From the human T2T-CHM13v2.0 reference genome, Homo sapiens, in assembly GCF_009914755.1 (NCBI RefSeq), contig NC_060928.1: DNA of 64,000 bases. One strand, given 5' to 3'. The notes beneath the pieces are model-generated. The model was given only the letters and a program-made list of their open reading frames with translations, was not told the origin of the DNA and made no database searches. This document shows positions 1-16,968 of the stretch, piece by piece. The translations under genes and the position numbers were made by a program. Within the stretch, counting starts at the first letter, position 1. Each line of letters opens with the position of its first letter.

Positions 1-194
1 TTTTACTAAATCTCTCTTATAATTTTTTAATTTTAAGCCATACAGATATAGTACTTATTCGAAATTAACTACTATGTCAAAAGACAAGATATATGGAGTA
101 CACATCATTCAATGTATATAAATTATTACAATGATAATTATCATGAAAACCATTATCCTTACACCTAAGTTTCTGAGCCAGATAGCACTCCTAG

Positions 195-665
195 GTTTTT
201 GCTTTGTTTTGTTTTGTTTTAATTTTAGATTGAGGGGGAACGTGTGCTTGTTTGTTGCATGAGTATTACATGTGTAATGATGGGGGTTGGGCTCCTGGTG
301 TACCCATCACCCAAATATTGAACATTGTATCCAGTAGGTAATTTTTCAACCCTTACCTTCCTCCCACTCTACCCGCTTTGGAGTCCTCAGAGCCTATTTT
401 CCCCATCTTTATGTCCATGTGCACCCTTATTTAGCTCCCACTTATAAGTGAAAACATATGATATGTGATTTTCTGCTTCTTTATTAGTTCACCAGGATAA
501 TGGCCTCCAGCTCCATCCATATTGCTGCAAAGGACATGATTTCATTCTTTTTTGTGGCTGTGTGGTATTCCATCGTGTATACTATATATTATACACACAC
601 CATTTTTTTTTATCCAACCAACTGTTGGTGGACGCTCAGGTTGGTTTCATGACTTTGCTATTGTA
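195..665 (-). mobile_element. L1 3' end fragment (L1PB/L1PA16-17-like), antisense
   Basis: T-rich tail at ~195-225 followed by reverse-complement L1 3'UTR/ORF2-end motifs (tttagctcccacttataagtgaaaacat, ataatggcctccagctccatccat). Confidence 0.85.
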
Positions 666-780
666 AACAGCAGTCCTATGTGGAATACCTGTTATTACCT
701 CATTTTACAGCTAGAATTTTACTCAGGGCAACAAAACAGGATGGTGGAGCTGGGATCGCCCCCGCTGTCTAACTTGATCA
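666..780 (-). mobile_element. MIR SINE fragment
   Basis: MIR core-like 'cctatg...ttattacctcattttacag...ggtggagctgggat'. Confidence 0.55.
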
Positions 781-1415
781 GCTATGATCTTCATCCCTAG
801 GCTATCCTGCCTCCCTTGGACTGGTAAGAACTCCTCGGGTTCCTGCTAATTTGCATTTGCACAGGTTCTCTGAGTTTATCTAGCAAAAAGTCAAACCCCT
901 GGGAGGAACCTGGAATCTTTTCAGAATCCATAAGAGTCTCCATGGCTTATCCAGAACTCCCAAGACATCACTTACATCTAAAATTCTATAATGCTAATCC
1001 CACTACTCTCAAAGATAAAATCTAAGCAAGACAATGCTGATGCCAACCAAACAAGAATACAAACTCAGGACACATAGACAAGGAGAAAGGCCGCGATTGG
1101 GAAAGCAGGAAGGAGGAAAGAGAAGGGGAGAAGGTGAAAGGAACGGACAGGAAATCGTCTGTAAAGGTACACATGGGTATAACCCATTTTCTACTTTTGC
1201 TCACCTAACTCTACTCACAGTCCCTTCCACCGCCCTACTTCTGGTTAAACACTTGTGCTATACAATTTGAGCAGCAAACAGCCTAGACCCCTAAAGATTA
1301 ATATTAAACAACTTCATCAAACAAACCAAATCACATGATGCCGGGTCCCAGAGACAGAATACCCCTGCCGCAGCAGGTCTGTTCTGCTTCCCCAGCTGTC
1401 TGACCCCACCAAGGC

Positions 1416-1435
1416 AAAAAAAAAAAAAAAAAAAA
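1416..1435 (+). repeat. Poly(A)20 tract
   Basis: 20 consecutive A, with AAGGCA overlapping both ends. Confidence 0.95.
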
Positions 1436-2659
1436 GGCAGGCTCCTCATCTAGATCTACTAGTGATGACATACTAGATTACTAGATTGTCCTCTGGGGTG
1501 AGCCAGCCCTGTCTGCAAAACCCCACAAGCTCTTCAGAGAACACGGTCACCTGACCAATGGCACCCTTTCCATGGCTTTGATTCCCAGATCTTGCCAGCA
1601 TCCATTATCTGGTCTCCATGTCACTGCCAGCACAGAAAGACACAAAAGTTACTGAACAGCATCACAGTCACAACTCTAAGGGCGACCCGAGCCAGACAGC
1701 TGCTTGCAGCATATTCTCCTGTACTACACAGACTGCCCTGTTGGGCAGTAAGATATTTAAGCCAACCTGCATTTTTATATCTTACCCTGTGCAGAACTAT
1801 TGGTTCTACTTGGGTGCACAGGAATACAGAGAAAGAAATAACATTGTGATGTTAGTATTGGGAGCATTCAGAGCCTCAAACATTGATCAATAAAGACACT
1901 ATATTGGATGCAAAATTCTTCCCTCACAGCCAAGTTGTCACTCATGGTGTTTTTCAGTCCATATACTGTGCTAACCTATTATTAATTCTCAAAGATTTAT
2001 TTAATTATGGAGGATCAAGCCTTTCAAAAAATAATTAATTACAAAGGCTACTTAATATTCAGAGGTGTCACACAAGCAGATAACTGGCATTCTCTGTTGG
2101 TAGTTTAATTAGACAAGAAGATGCAAAAAGCTGTCACTTGAGGGTGGGGGGCTGCAGGGGAGGGAAGCCCTGGTAAGCACTACCAGTTGGCCATCTGTAC
2201 CAAACACAAAAGCCCCACTCTTCAGCTGGCCTCCCTGCGAGCAAGGCAGAAGATATTCATGAACTGTAATTTCAAATTTGATGTTTCATGGATGTGGAAG
2301 GTTGGGAAAAACAATTAACCACTTGGTACCTCAGTTTCTCCATCAGAAAAATACAATTCACAAATGTCACCCATCCATCTGCCTCCCAGAGCAACAGCTG
2401 CTGAACATTTTCTTTACAAATGGCCGGGAACATGCCAAGTAACAAAACAGGCCCCATGTTACACATTTTGATATAAATATGCTGGCAAGAAATAGAAAAC
2501 CTTCTTAATTTTACCAAGCAATTGATTCTTGATTATTTCAGAGTTGATTTTTCAAGTTGTGGTTTTTCTGTGCCATTCCTCCGCCCCCATTCTTAAAAAT
2601 CATCCTTGACAATCTGTTCTCTAGATAATTTTCTTTCTTTTAGTATCTTCACAAGACAA

Positions 2660-2900
2660 TAAGTAATTATAATAGCAACAATCACTACTGCAGTTTATTG
2701 TATATTCATATACAGTCCTTACAACTAACTGAGATAGGTATTATTATCATTTTTGTTTCTATTTTACAGATGAAGAAACTTAAATTTAGAGAGCGTAGGT
2801 GATGTAATCAATGCCCCAACATTAAGTAGCAAAATTGGGATTAAAATTTAGGTCACTTTAAAACAATTCAGGTCACTTTGATTCCAAATCCCATAAATCC
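2660..2900 (-). mobile_element. MIR SINE
   Basis: 'gagataggtattattatc...attttacagatgaagaaact' MIR core. Confidence 0.75.
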
Positions 2901-2953
2901 CAAAAGATGACTTTTACCATTCTGCCATAGAAGAGGGAAAAAAAATATCCCAG

Positions 2954-2989
2954 CACACACACACAAACACACACACACACACACACACA
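2954..2989. repeat. (CA)n microsatellite
   Basis: Interrupted CA dinucleotide run read directly. Confidence 0.95.
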
Positions 2990-3059
2990 ATGGTCAGGAT
3001 TTCTGCTGCTTGGCAATTATTATAAAATATGGGAACAATAGAAATGACTAAAATAAAAT

Positions 3060-3155
3060 GCACTGTAAATGCAATGAGGTATCTTGGCTTGACTCCTGGA
3101 ACAGAAAAAACACATTAGTAGGAAAACTGATGAAATCCAAATAAACTCTTAAGTC
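3060..3155 (+). mobile_element. Old L1M (L1MC/L1ME) 3'UTR fragment
   Basis: 'taaatgcaatg...tcctggaacagaaaaaacacattagtaggaaaactgatgaaatccaaataaa' resembles the L1MC/ME 3' end. Confidence 0.6.
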
Positions 3156-4719
3156 AGGTTTTTTTTAAAAATTAATCCTAAGGAACTCTTGCCATCTGTA
3201 CCCAAAACTGTAAATACTATTTCCATTAGTAAGGTTAAAAGTTGATAACTGTTTCATCTATTAGCATTGTTTTGAGTATTTAATGTAATGTCAAACCCAT
3301 AAACCTTTTCCTAAGAGTCTTGTTAGGAAGAAAAAAACATTAATTTTGTATATTCGTGAGTTTTTTCACCTAAATAGCACAGACAGGTTGATGAAGTCAC
3401 AAAAAAAAACCAGTACATTGAAAAGGTTTTTATAGTTAAGTAAAGAAATAAAAATATTAATACATTGATACTGATTTCACTTATCAAGTATAGGATCTCT
3501 AATTCCCTTCTTTAAATAAGTTAGTTTTATGTATTACATAGGTTTATTTCATACTTTATTGAATCAATTTTTTTTAGTAAAAGTAGATTTTGTTAATTTT
3601 TGGTGGGCAATTAATTTCCAGAAAAAACATATTAAAACAACATAGGTTTAAAAGTACATAAATTTTCACATGAATAAAAAGACAAAGAAAATAAAATACA
3701 TTCATATAAAACTACAGAGCCATTCAAAATTTATAATTTAATTTAAAATTTTCTGGTATATTTGTAAGCTTCTTTTTGTTTTACTGTATTTCTCACCTGT
3801 ATACAAAATTTTGATGTAGCTATATACTGCAGAATTTTATGTGATTTCCAGTTTCATTGTATTCTTGACTAAGCATTTTAAATTTTGTTTTAACAATTGA
3901 CTTAAATCTACATGAATTGTAAGGCAAAAGTTAGAACCACATAATGTTTCAGAACACTGAAATAAAATGAACCCAAATATTAATAACTTTTCCTCACAAA
4001 CCCTGCAAAGGGGTGCACTAACAAAACAAAAAGTGAGGAACTGGCCTCAGATGGAAACATTCTTATAATGTACCAGAAAAAAAAAAACAGGACCATTCAG
4101 ATATTCTCAGCACCAGGCCCAGACATTAATTCAAGTCCACATATTCTATAGGAAGCTCTATAGACATGGCACAGGGCCCGTCTCAAGCTCACTTCTATAA
4201 ATACTGACTTTAATTTTTCCACCTTCTTTATTTACAAATGATAACACGGCTAAAGATGCCTTAATCCTCCTCATTTTCAGGAACTGATTAGAGGCCCAGG
4301 CCCGGGAACTCTGACCCAGTTTCAAGTAATATTAAATTCCTTTTGAGCCTCATGCATTGATGGGTTCTATATGGAAAAGAACCCTAACTGGAAAGTCCAC
4401 CCAATTAGCCAACATTTCCCTTATCCACGACTAACCAAAGGTGGACCACACCTCAATGGTGTTCCAGATGTAACCAAGCATAGCTGCATCTCATCCTTAA
4501 TAGGCTCAAACCCAGGGAATGCCCAAAAGCAGGACTGTCATCCCTCACAATTGATCTGTGCTTAAAATCTGGCATCAGGAGACATCTTTAGAAACTGAGA
4601 GAACTGTTCCAGTCATTTGGAAGAGCTGCTGACCTGTGCTGGACTGAGGGTGAGTTTTACAGGACTGCTTTCAATTCCTTCAATTATCAATATTCAGGTG
4701 AAAGATATAAAACTGTAAC

Positions 4720-5439
4720 TTAATCCTGAGTTCTAGTTTGATTGCACTGTGGTCTGAGAGACAGTTTCTTATAATTTCTGTTCTTTTACATTTGCTGAGG
4801 AGAGCTTTACTTACAACTATGTGGTCAATTTTGGAATAGGTGTGGTGTGGTGCTGAAAAAAAATGTATATTCTGTTGATTTGGGGTGGAGAGTTCTGTAG
4901 ATGTCTGTTAGATCTGCTTGGTGCAGAGCTGAGTTCAATTCCTGGGTGTCCTTGTTAACTTTCTGTCTCGTTGATCTGTCTAATGTTGACAGTGGGGTGT
5001 TCAAGTCTCCCATTATTATTGTGTGGGAGTCTAAGTCTCTTTGTAGGTCACTCAGGACTTGCTTTATGAATCTGGGTGCTCCTGTATTGGGTGCATATAT
5101 ATTTAGGATAGTTAGCTCTTCTTGTTGAATTGATCCCTTTACCATTATGTAATGGCCTTCTTTGTCTCTTTTGATCTTTGTTGGTTTAAAGTCTGTTTTA
5201 TCAGAGACTAGGACTGCAGCCCCTGCCTTTTTTTGTTTTCCATTTGCTTGGTAGATCTTCCTACATTCTTTTATTTTGAGCCTATGTGTGTCTCTGCACA
5301 TGAGATGGGTTTACTGAATACAGCACACTGATGGGTCTTGACTCTTTATCCAATTTGCCTGTCTGTGTCTTTTAATTGGAGCATTTAGTCCATTTACATT
5401 TAAAGTTAATATTGTTATGTGTGAATTTGATCCTGTCAT
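4720..5439 (-). pseudogene. L1 ORF2p endonuclease-domain remnant (inverted arm)
   Basis: ORF2 ATG (MTGSNSHIT) at 5439 on minus; ORF track 4825..5301 matches L1 EN (ILNIYAPNTGAPRF, IIMGDLNTPLS). The Glu codon of the CCIQE motif reads TAA. Confidence 0.9.
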
Positions 5440-5565
5440 TATGAAGTTAGCTGGTTATTTTGCTCATTAGTTGATGCAGTTTCTTCCTAGCCTCGATGGT
5501 CTTTACGATTTGGCAAGATTTTGCAGTGGCTGGTACCAGTTGTTCCTTTCCATGTTTAGTGCTAT

Positions 5566-8677
<3,112 letters not shown>

Positions 8678-8936
8678 ACAATGAGAACACATGGACACAG
8701 GAAGGGGAACATCACACTCTGGGAACTGTTGTGGGGTGGGGGGAGGGGGGAGGGATAGCTTTAGGAGATATACCTAATGCTAAATGACGAGTTAATGGGT
8801 GCAGCACACCAGCATGGCACATGTATACATATGTAACTAACCTGCACATTGTGCACACGTACCCTAAAACTTAAAGTATAATAATAATAAAATAAAATAA
8901 AATAAAAAAATACTGAAGAACAGTGCTCCAAAACCT

Positions 8937-8938
8937 AA

Positions 8939-8980
<42 letters not shown>
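8937..8980 (+). repeat. (AATA)n microsatellite derived from the second poly(A) tail
   Basis: About 11 AATA units directly before the right TSD. Confidence 0.9.
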
Positions 8981-8981
<1 letters not shown>

Positions 8982-9091
8982 AACTGTAACCTAGTACTGA
9001 TGAACCTTGCTAAGTTGTGTGACTTACAAAGAGCTAGCTGATGGATTTGATCACTGAATTCCCTGACTTCGTGGTTGTAATAGCATTTGTA

Positions 9092-9265
9092 CCAGGGTTC
9101 TTGATCCTAGGGGTCCATAGAGAGAAAGAGATTGAGGATAGGGGTAGCTGTCTGTAAACTCCTTGATGTGAAACTTAATATATATGTGCTTTTTTCTGGG
9201 TTCCAAGCCCCTACTTTTCATTTTCAAAAAAATTCCTAACTCAAAAAAAAGTTAAATACCACCAT
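9092..9265. mobile_element. MER103C-like hAT-Charlie MITE
   Basis: Ends 'cagggttcttgatcctaggggtccatag' and 'aaaaaaagttaaataccacc' resemble MER103 termini. Confidence 0.5.
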
Positions 9266-9331
9266 ATGACATCCACTATGTGGTTATAGAACCAAAGAGC
9301 TTCTCAACAGAGAGGAAAGTTTTTCAGATGT

Positions 9332-10492
9332 TGTTATGGATTGAATTGTGTTCCCCCAGCCCCAAATTCAGAGGTTCAAGTCCTAACTCCAGTACTTCAG
9401 AATGTGACCTTTTATGGAGAGAGGGTCTTCACAGAATGAAGTTAAAATGAGATCATTATGGTGGGTCTTAACCCAGTATGACTGATGTTCTTTTAAGAAG
9501 AGGAAATTTGGACACAGACACAGGCAGGTGAAAGACTATGTGAACACACAAAGAGAAGATGGCCTTCAGTGTACAAACAGCCAATGAACATACAAAAATA
9601 ATGCTCAACATTACTAACCATCAGGGAAATGCAAATTAAAACCACAATGAGATACCACCTTACGCCTGCAAGAATGGCCATAATTAGAAAGTCAAAAAAT
9701 AATAGATGTTGGTGTGGATGTGGTGAAAAGGGAACAATTTTACACTGCTGATGAGTATGGAAATCAGTACAACCACTATGGAAAAAGTATGCAGATTCCT
9801 TGAAGAACTAAAAGTAGATCTACCATTCAATCCAGCAAACCCACTACTGGGTATCTACCCAAACGAACAGGAGTCACTATATGAAAAAGACACATGTACA
9901 TGCATTTTTACAGCAGCACAATTCACAATTGCAGAGATATGGAGCCAACCTAAGTACCCACTGACCAACAAGTAGATAAAGAAAATGTGGTATATATACG
10001 CCATGGAATACTACTCAGCCATAAAAAGAACTAATGTATTTTGAAGCAACTTGGATGGAGCTGGAGGCCATTATTCTAAGTGAAGTAACTCAGGAATGGA
10101 AAAGCAAATATTGTATGTTCTCACTTTTAAGTGGGAGCTAAGCTATGAGAACACAAAGCCATAAGAATGATATAATGGACTTCGGAAACTTGGGGGAGGG
10201 AGAAGGTTAAAGAGGGTGAGAGAAGACTACATATTAGGTACAGTGTACACTGCTCAGGTGATGGGTACACTAAAATCTTAGAAATCACCACTAAAGAACT
10301 CATCCATGTAACCAAAAACTACCTGTACCCCAAAAACTATTGAAATAATTAAAAAGAAGATGGCCTTCAGAAAGAATCTGCCAACACCGTGATCTTGGAC
10401 TTCTAGCCTCCAGAACTGTTAGAAAATGAATTTGTTATTTAATCAACTCAGTTTGTAAACTTTATTATGGCAGCCCTAGCAAATTAATGTAG
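9332..10492 (+). mobile_element. MLT1B-like MaLR LTR, split by an L1PB insertion
   Basis: Starts 'tgttatggattgaattgtgttcccc', has 'aagaagaggaaatttggacacagacac', resumes at 10371 'gatcttggacttctagcctccagaactg...atggcagccctagcaaa'. Confidence 0.85.
9570..10354 (+). mobile_element. L1PB 3' fragment
   Basis: ORF2 C-terminus plus L1PB-type 3'UTR (cagtgtacactgctcaggtgatggg...accactaaagaact); 16-bp TSD AGAAGATGGCCTTCAG at 9554-9569 and 10355-10370. Confidence 0.9.
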
Positions 10493-11121
10493 ATGCTTAG
10501 TATATATTCATTTTGGAATGGGCAGAATTCTGCTCAGGAAAACCTGAAAAGGCTATTTTGCAAGTGGAAAGTCTCTAGTGTTCACGGTTTGTTTTTTTTC
10601 CATATACAAGGTCATAAAATTTGAAAAATTAAGTAGTTCACCTGCTTAAATAATCCATTTCTCGAAAGAATAAAGGACATAAAAATTATTTTTGCTCAAC
10701 TCCCTTAAGAATCACTGAAGGAACAGAATCATAAATTGTGAGCCAGCATCTCATACACTCTACACTCCTTTCTTTTTCTTTCCATGGATCGTCTCTGAGC
10801 TCTGTAGAAAAACACACTGTGTTTAAAATGTTATTTATTTTTTAAACAAAGCCATATGTGGTTATTATTAATAAATTTTTAAACTTAGTTAAGCAAAAAA
10901 AATAAAAAGAACTCCCCGCTATCCAGAGGTAAAAATTGTTAATACTTGTTACCATATTTTTATTGCTGTCAGATCTCAACCTAAAATTTTCCACAAAACT
11001 GAACTTGTCTTATCCAAATAAACAAGCTCACTATACAGATTGCTTAATAATATATGAAATGTAAAGCTGTCAGAATTATTTTGAAAAGTCATTAGTGAAT
11101 GCTCATAAAGAATGTAAACAA

Positions 11122-11656
<535 letters not shown>

Positions 11657-12139
11657 TGAACATTAATTACTTATAGAGATTATGTTTTATCAAACAAACG
11701 ACTTACATAAGAAGATCACATCTGAATTGAGATACATTATTATTTACATTCATAATGGAAATAACAAAATTAATCACATTAGGTCTTATAAATAATTATT
11801 ACTTTGACCACTAATCTCACACATGCATAAAGCTCTACTGATCAAGGAAAATACTGAAACATTTGAAGATAATATTGAGTGGCACTATCATTGAATTGAG
11901 GTAGGCAAATACGAAAGCATGAAGGCATGAAGGCACCCACACCCACAGAGCAAATAATTAGGCAGTACCTGAGAAATGGAGAAAACAAATAACTCCTAAA
12001 GGAAATGAGAGAAATTATTCAATATGATTAAAAGGGAATTAAGTCAGGGCAAACAGAAGTAACTCAAAGGAAGGGAAATGAATAGCCAACAAAATATGTG
12101 ACTGAAATATCAGAAACAAAGCGAATTCACACAGGAACA

Positions 12140-12414
12140 CAGCAAATCAAATATCTCATGTTCTCATTTATAAATTATAAACATTGAGTATACTTGGACG
12201 TGAAGATGGCAACAATAAACACTGGGGACTACTAGAGCAGAGAGGAAGGGAAGGGAGGCGAGGATTGAAAGACTAACTATTGGGTACTATGCTCAGTGCC
12301 TGGGTGACGGGATCAAGTGTACCCCAAACCTCAGCATCGTGCAATATATACCCAGGTAACAAACCTGCATATGTACCCCCTGAATCTAAAATAAAAGCTG
12401 AAATTATTAAAAAG
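12140..12414 (+). mobile_element. L1PB4-like 3' end
   Basis: 'actattgggtactatgctcagtgcctgggtgacgggatc...aaacctcagcatc...tgaatctaaaataaaag'. Confidence 0.85.
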
Positions 12415-12815
12415 AGAAATATTAGAAACAATCTCCCAAGGAAAATTATGCAAGAGCTATGACTCAAAAATGGAAAACCGAGGGACTTAATGTCTACTTA
12501 GCCTATTTTCTGAAATAATTCTGATTTTTCAATAATTTCTGCATTAGTCTCTCATTGACTTCTGCTTCTAGGAGCCTGGTGTAGCACTCTGGTTTGAAAC
12601 TAGGCAAATCTGATCTATTTTGTGAACAATTTTTAATTGAAATATACATGTTAAGCTTTCCTCTATATTTGTATACACTGTCAGTAAGGAAATGAATTGG
12701 CACCATATTTTGAGAGCTCTTCCAAAGTTTTACATGCACATACTTTCTATTGCAAGAATTTACTTCAGAGATTTTATCCACAAATTTCTTGACGAATATA
12801 CAATAAATATAAATA

Positions 12816-13556
<741 letters not shown>

Positions 13557-13563
13557 TACAATA

Positions 13564-13860
13564 GGCTGGGCACAGTGGCTCACACCTATAATCCCAGCAG
13601 TTTGGGAGGCCAAGACAGGTGTATTGCCTGAGCTCAGGAATTTGAGACCAGCCTGGGCAACATGGTGAAACCCCATACCTACCAATAAATACAAAAATTA
13701 GCAGGGTGTGGTGGCATGTGCTTGTGGTCTCAGCTACTCAAAGGCCGAGGTGAGAGGATCTCTTGAGCCTAGGAGGCAGGGGTTGCAGTGAGTCGAGATC
13801 ATGTCACTACGCTCCAACCTGGGTGACAGAGTGACACCTCATCCCAAAAAAAAAAAAAAT
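13564..13860 (+). mobile_element. AluJ (Jb-like)
   Basis: Full dimer; 18-bp TSD with 2 mismatches at 13546-13563 and 13861-13878. Confidence 0.93.
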
Positions 13861-13922
13861 AGAGTTAACTGTATAATAATCACATTGCAGCAGTTTTTCT
13901 TAGAACAAAAATACAGAACTAG

Positions 13923-14062
13923 GGCCAGGCGTGGTGGATGATGACTGTAATCCTAGCACTTTGGGAGGCCAAGATGGGAGGATCACTTGAGGTCAGGAAT
14001 TCAAGACCAACCTGGCCAACATAGCAAGACCCCATCTCTTTAAAAAATAATAATAATAAAAT
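13923..14062 (+). mobile_element. FLAM_C / free left Alu monomer
   Basis: Single Alu left arm ending 'gcaagaccccatctct' plus A-rich tail. Confidence 0.85.
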
Positions 14063-14726
14063 TTTAAAATCTGGAACCAATCAAATGAGCATCTAGAAAC
14101 ATCTAGTAAAATAAACTATGATATATTCATAGAGCATACTACTGTATACAGTAAAGACTAGTAGATTTTTATGTAGCGATGTAAAAAGAGGTCTAAAATT
14201 CAACATTAATTAACAAAATAATTAACTGCAGAATATTACATTCGGTATTATCTCATGTATCTATAGAGGAGGTGTTTTAAGGGATATTCTCTATTTTTGT
14301 GCATATGTAGAAACTTTCTAAAAGGATACAAAAGAAACTATTTGGTAGAGTTCTTACAGTGTGAGAAGGCCACTGGTGGCCTTCTTAATTTTTTACCAAA
14401 ATTACATATTACTTTCATAAGTGAGAAACCTACATCTAGTTTATTTTTAACTTCCAAAAGACAAGAAGCAATTCTTTTATGGCATTTGTTCAGTAATTTT
14501 TAAACATTTCACACATGGCGTATTGTAGACTTTGGTTGCTGAGTTTGTATTTGCCTATATCATCCCTAATGACATAATCATCCCTAATTTTGTCATTATC
14601 TAGGTAGAACCTTCTTACAGAACTACAGGTTTTATGAAACTGAACGTTCTTATGCAATTCTTGGCAATTCTGTTTGGGCCTTTCTAAAATATATGAGCCC
14701 ACTTAACCAGTATCTTGCCTTTTCTT

Positions 14727-14890
14727 GAGAGAGAGAAAGACCGAGAAGAAAAAGAAAGAGGGGGTGAGAGGGAGGGAGGGGAGAGAAAGATAGAAATACA
14801 GATAGAAAGATGGATGGATGGAAGGAAAGAGAAAGGAAAGGGCGAAGGAAGGAAGGCAGGCAGGCAGGCAGGCGAGAAGGAGGAAGGAAT
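14727..14890. repeat. GA-rich low-complexity / (GGAA)n-like tract
   Basis: Purine-rich mosaic of GA, GGAT, GGAA and GGCA units. Confidence 0.9.
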
Positions 14891-14899
14891 TTTTGATTA

Positions 14900-15520
14900 A
14901 CTAAAAAATTTAAATTCTTTCAGAAATATAAAATGAAATTAAAAGGCAAACAGCAGTTTGAGAAAAATATTTCCAACATAAATAAGGGATAAGTGATTTT
15001 ATCGTTAATTAATAAAGAGCTACTACAAATCATTTTTCAAAGAAGTCTAACAACCCAATAGAAAAATAGGCTAAAGGTATAATTTCATTAGGAGAATACA
15101 TGTGAAAAGATAATAGCATTTAAAAAAAATCTTCATCCTCTCTAGTTATCAAAGAAAATCAAGTTAAAACAATTAAATACATTTTAACTATCAGATTAGC
15201 AAAGCTTTTTTAAATATAAGACCCAATATTGGTAAGAGTTCAGAAAATCGGGAACTTTTATTCACAGATAGTGGGAGATTAAAAGTATCCTAATCTTCCT
15301 GGCAGTCAATTTATAAATACATATTTTAAAATCCTCTAAAAGTACATCATTTTAGATGCTAAAAATCTACTAGGAATTTATCCAAGGATATTGCTTATCG
15401 TAGGATGCATGTATCAGACCGTTTACATAATCATTGGTACTTAAAGTGAAAAATAAAAACTGCAACCAATTAGAATTCCAATAAAGGAGCACAGATTAAA
15501 CAAATATATATTAGTTATAT
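14900..15520 (+). mobile_element. Old L1M (L1ME-like) ORF2 3' remnant
   Basis: 'aaaaggcaaacagcagtttgagaaaaatattt...aacaacccaatagaaaaataggctaaagg...ctaggaatttatcc'. Confidence 0.65.
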
Positions 15521-15567
15521 AAATATATAAAATATTATCTTTTTTCCCACTTTTGTATAATGGACAT

Positions 15568-15963
15568 TGTCTTAGTCCATTTTGTGTTGCTATAACAGAA
15601 TGCCAAAGACTGAGTAATTTGCAAAGAAAAGAAATTTATTTCTTACATTTCTGGAGGCTGAGAAGTCCAAGGTCGAGAGGCCTGCATCTGGTGAGGGCCT
15701 TCTTGCTGCATCATCCGAGGGCAGCAGATAGAGAGCAAGAGAGCAGGCTCAAGAGCCAGAGAATGAGAGGGGGCCAAACTTGCCTTTATAATAAAGCCTC
15801 TCTCACAATAATTAACCCACTCCTGCAATAATGACATTAATTCATTCATGAGGGCAGAGCCCTCAGGACCTAAGCACTTATTAAAGGTCCCACTTCTCAA
15901 CACTGTTGCATTGGGGACTGTTCCCAACACATGAACTTCGGGGGACACATTTCAACCATAGCA
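15568..15963 (-). mobile_element. MSTD-like MaLR solo LTR
   Basis: Begins 'tgtcttagtccattttgtgttgctataacagaa', ends 'gggggacacatttcaaccatagca'; internal 'cattcatgagggcagagccctca'. Confidence 0.88.
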
Positions 15964-16499
15964 GGCTTATATTAATTGGGTAATTGGATATATTGTTGAA
16001 TTTTTGCAGTAAAAATTAAAACTTTCCATTTTCCAGTGATAAAACTTCTTTCCAAAGAAGGCCTATGAGAGAGGGAATCTAATTAATGGAAGCTTCTGCT
16101 TTAGCATGATTCCTAAGAATTAAGGTTTTATTACAAATAAAAATACAATCAATAAGTCATGAATACCTGTCAAGCAAAACCAAATACAGAAACTGCAAAT
16201 GCAGTGAAACTTCATAGCTCAGAGGTTTGGTAATGAGATGTGAAGACCTCCACTTCCAGCAAAATTCCGTGTGTCCACCCCTAGTTGGTAATTTGAAGAA
16301 AAAGCCACATCTGTGTAGTGACATAAATTTTACTTCAAATGGATCCTGTAAACTCGAAAGTTCTTAGATTTCATCAATAAAATTGCACTCCTGCAAGACT
16401 AGTAAGGTGGAAGAGACGAAGAAGACATTCTTTTTTCTTGTTCTGGAAGCACTGGCAGACAAATACGTGAGTTTCACAGGTATGTTTATGCAGTGGCGT

Positions 16500-16764
16500 C
16501 TTTGTTTCCTTCCCATTTCAGCCCCTCAGCACTGAAGAAAGCTGTGAGGCCACTGGCCACATTCCTGCAGGTTCTTGATTCTTAGCTGCAACAGCTCTCT
16601 GCTTTTCTGTGGCAGTAAACCCGAAACTAATGTCAGTCTCCTTGATTTTCACTCTTCCAGTCTTTCCCATGGTTTTGTAAGCACCTCAATACCTTTATTA
16701 AATCTCTCCATATTTAAAATGCCTACAGGGGTTTTGTTATCCTGACTGAACCCCACCTGATCCA
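16500..16764 (+). mobile_element. ERVL LTR fragment (LTR33-like) 3' part
   Basis: End 'ttgtaagcacctcaatacctttattaaatc...tcctgactgaaccccacctgatcca' resembles the LTR33-family terminus. Confidence 0.55.
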
Positions 16765-16968
16765 GCCTGGTTACAACCTGAAAGACTAATGTCACATTTC
16801 TGCATTAATGGCAGCTATCACAGTCTTGAAATGAAAGGACATAAGTGATCTCGGAATTTTCTTTAAAATGCCTTTAGAGGTGCTTAAGAGGCTTCTTCAT
16901 AACTCTGTAATTGATTTAGAAAGGACTTGGGAAAAAACTCACAGAAAAGAAAAATGGACACATAAACA

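Noticed and set aside
14715-14900. Charged E/R/G/K-rich ORF
   Set aside because: Translation of a GA-rich low-complexity tract.
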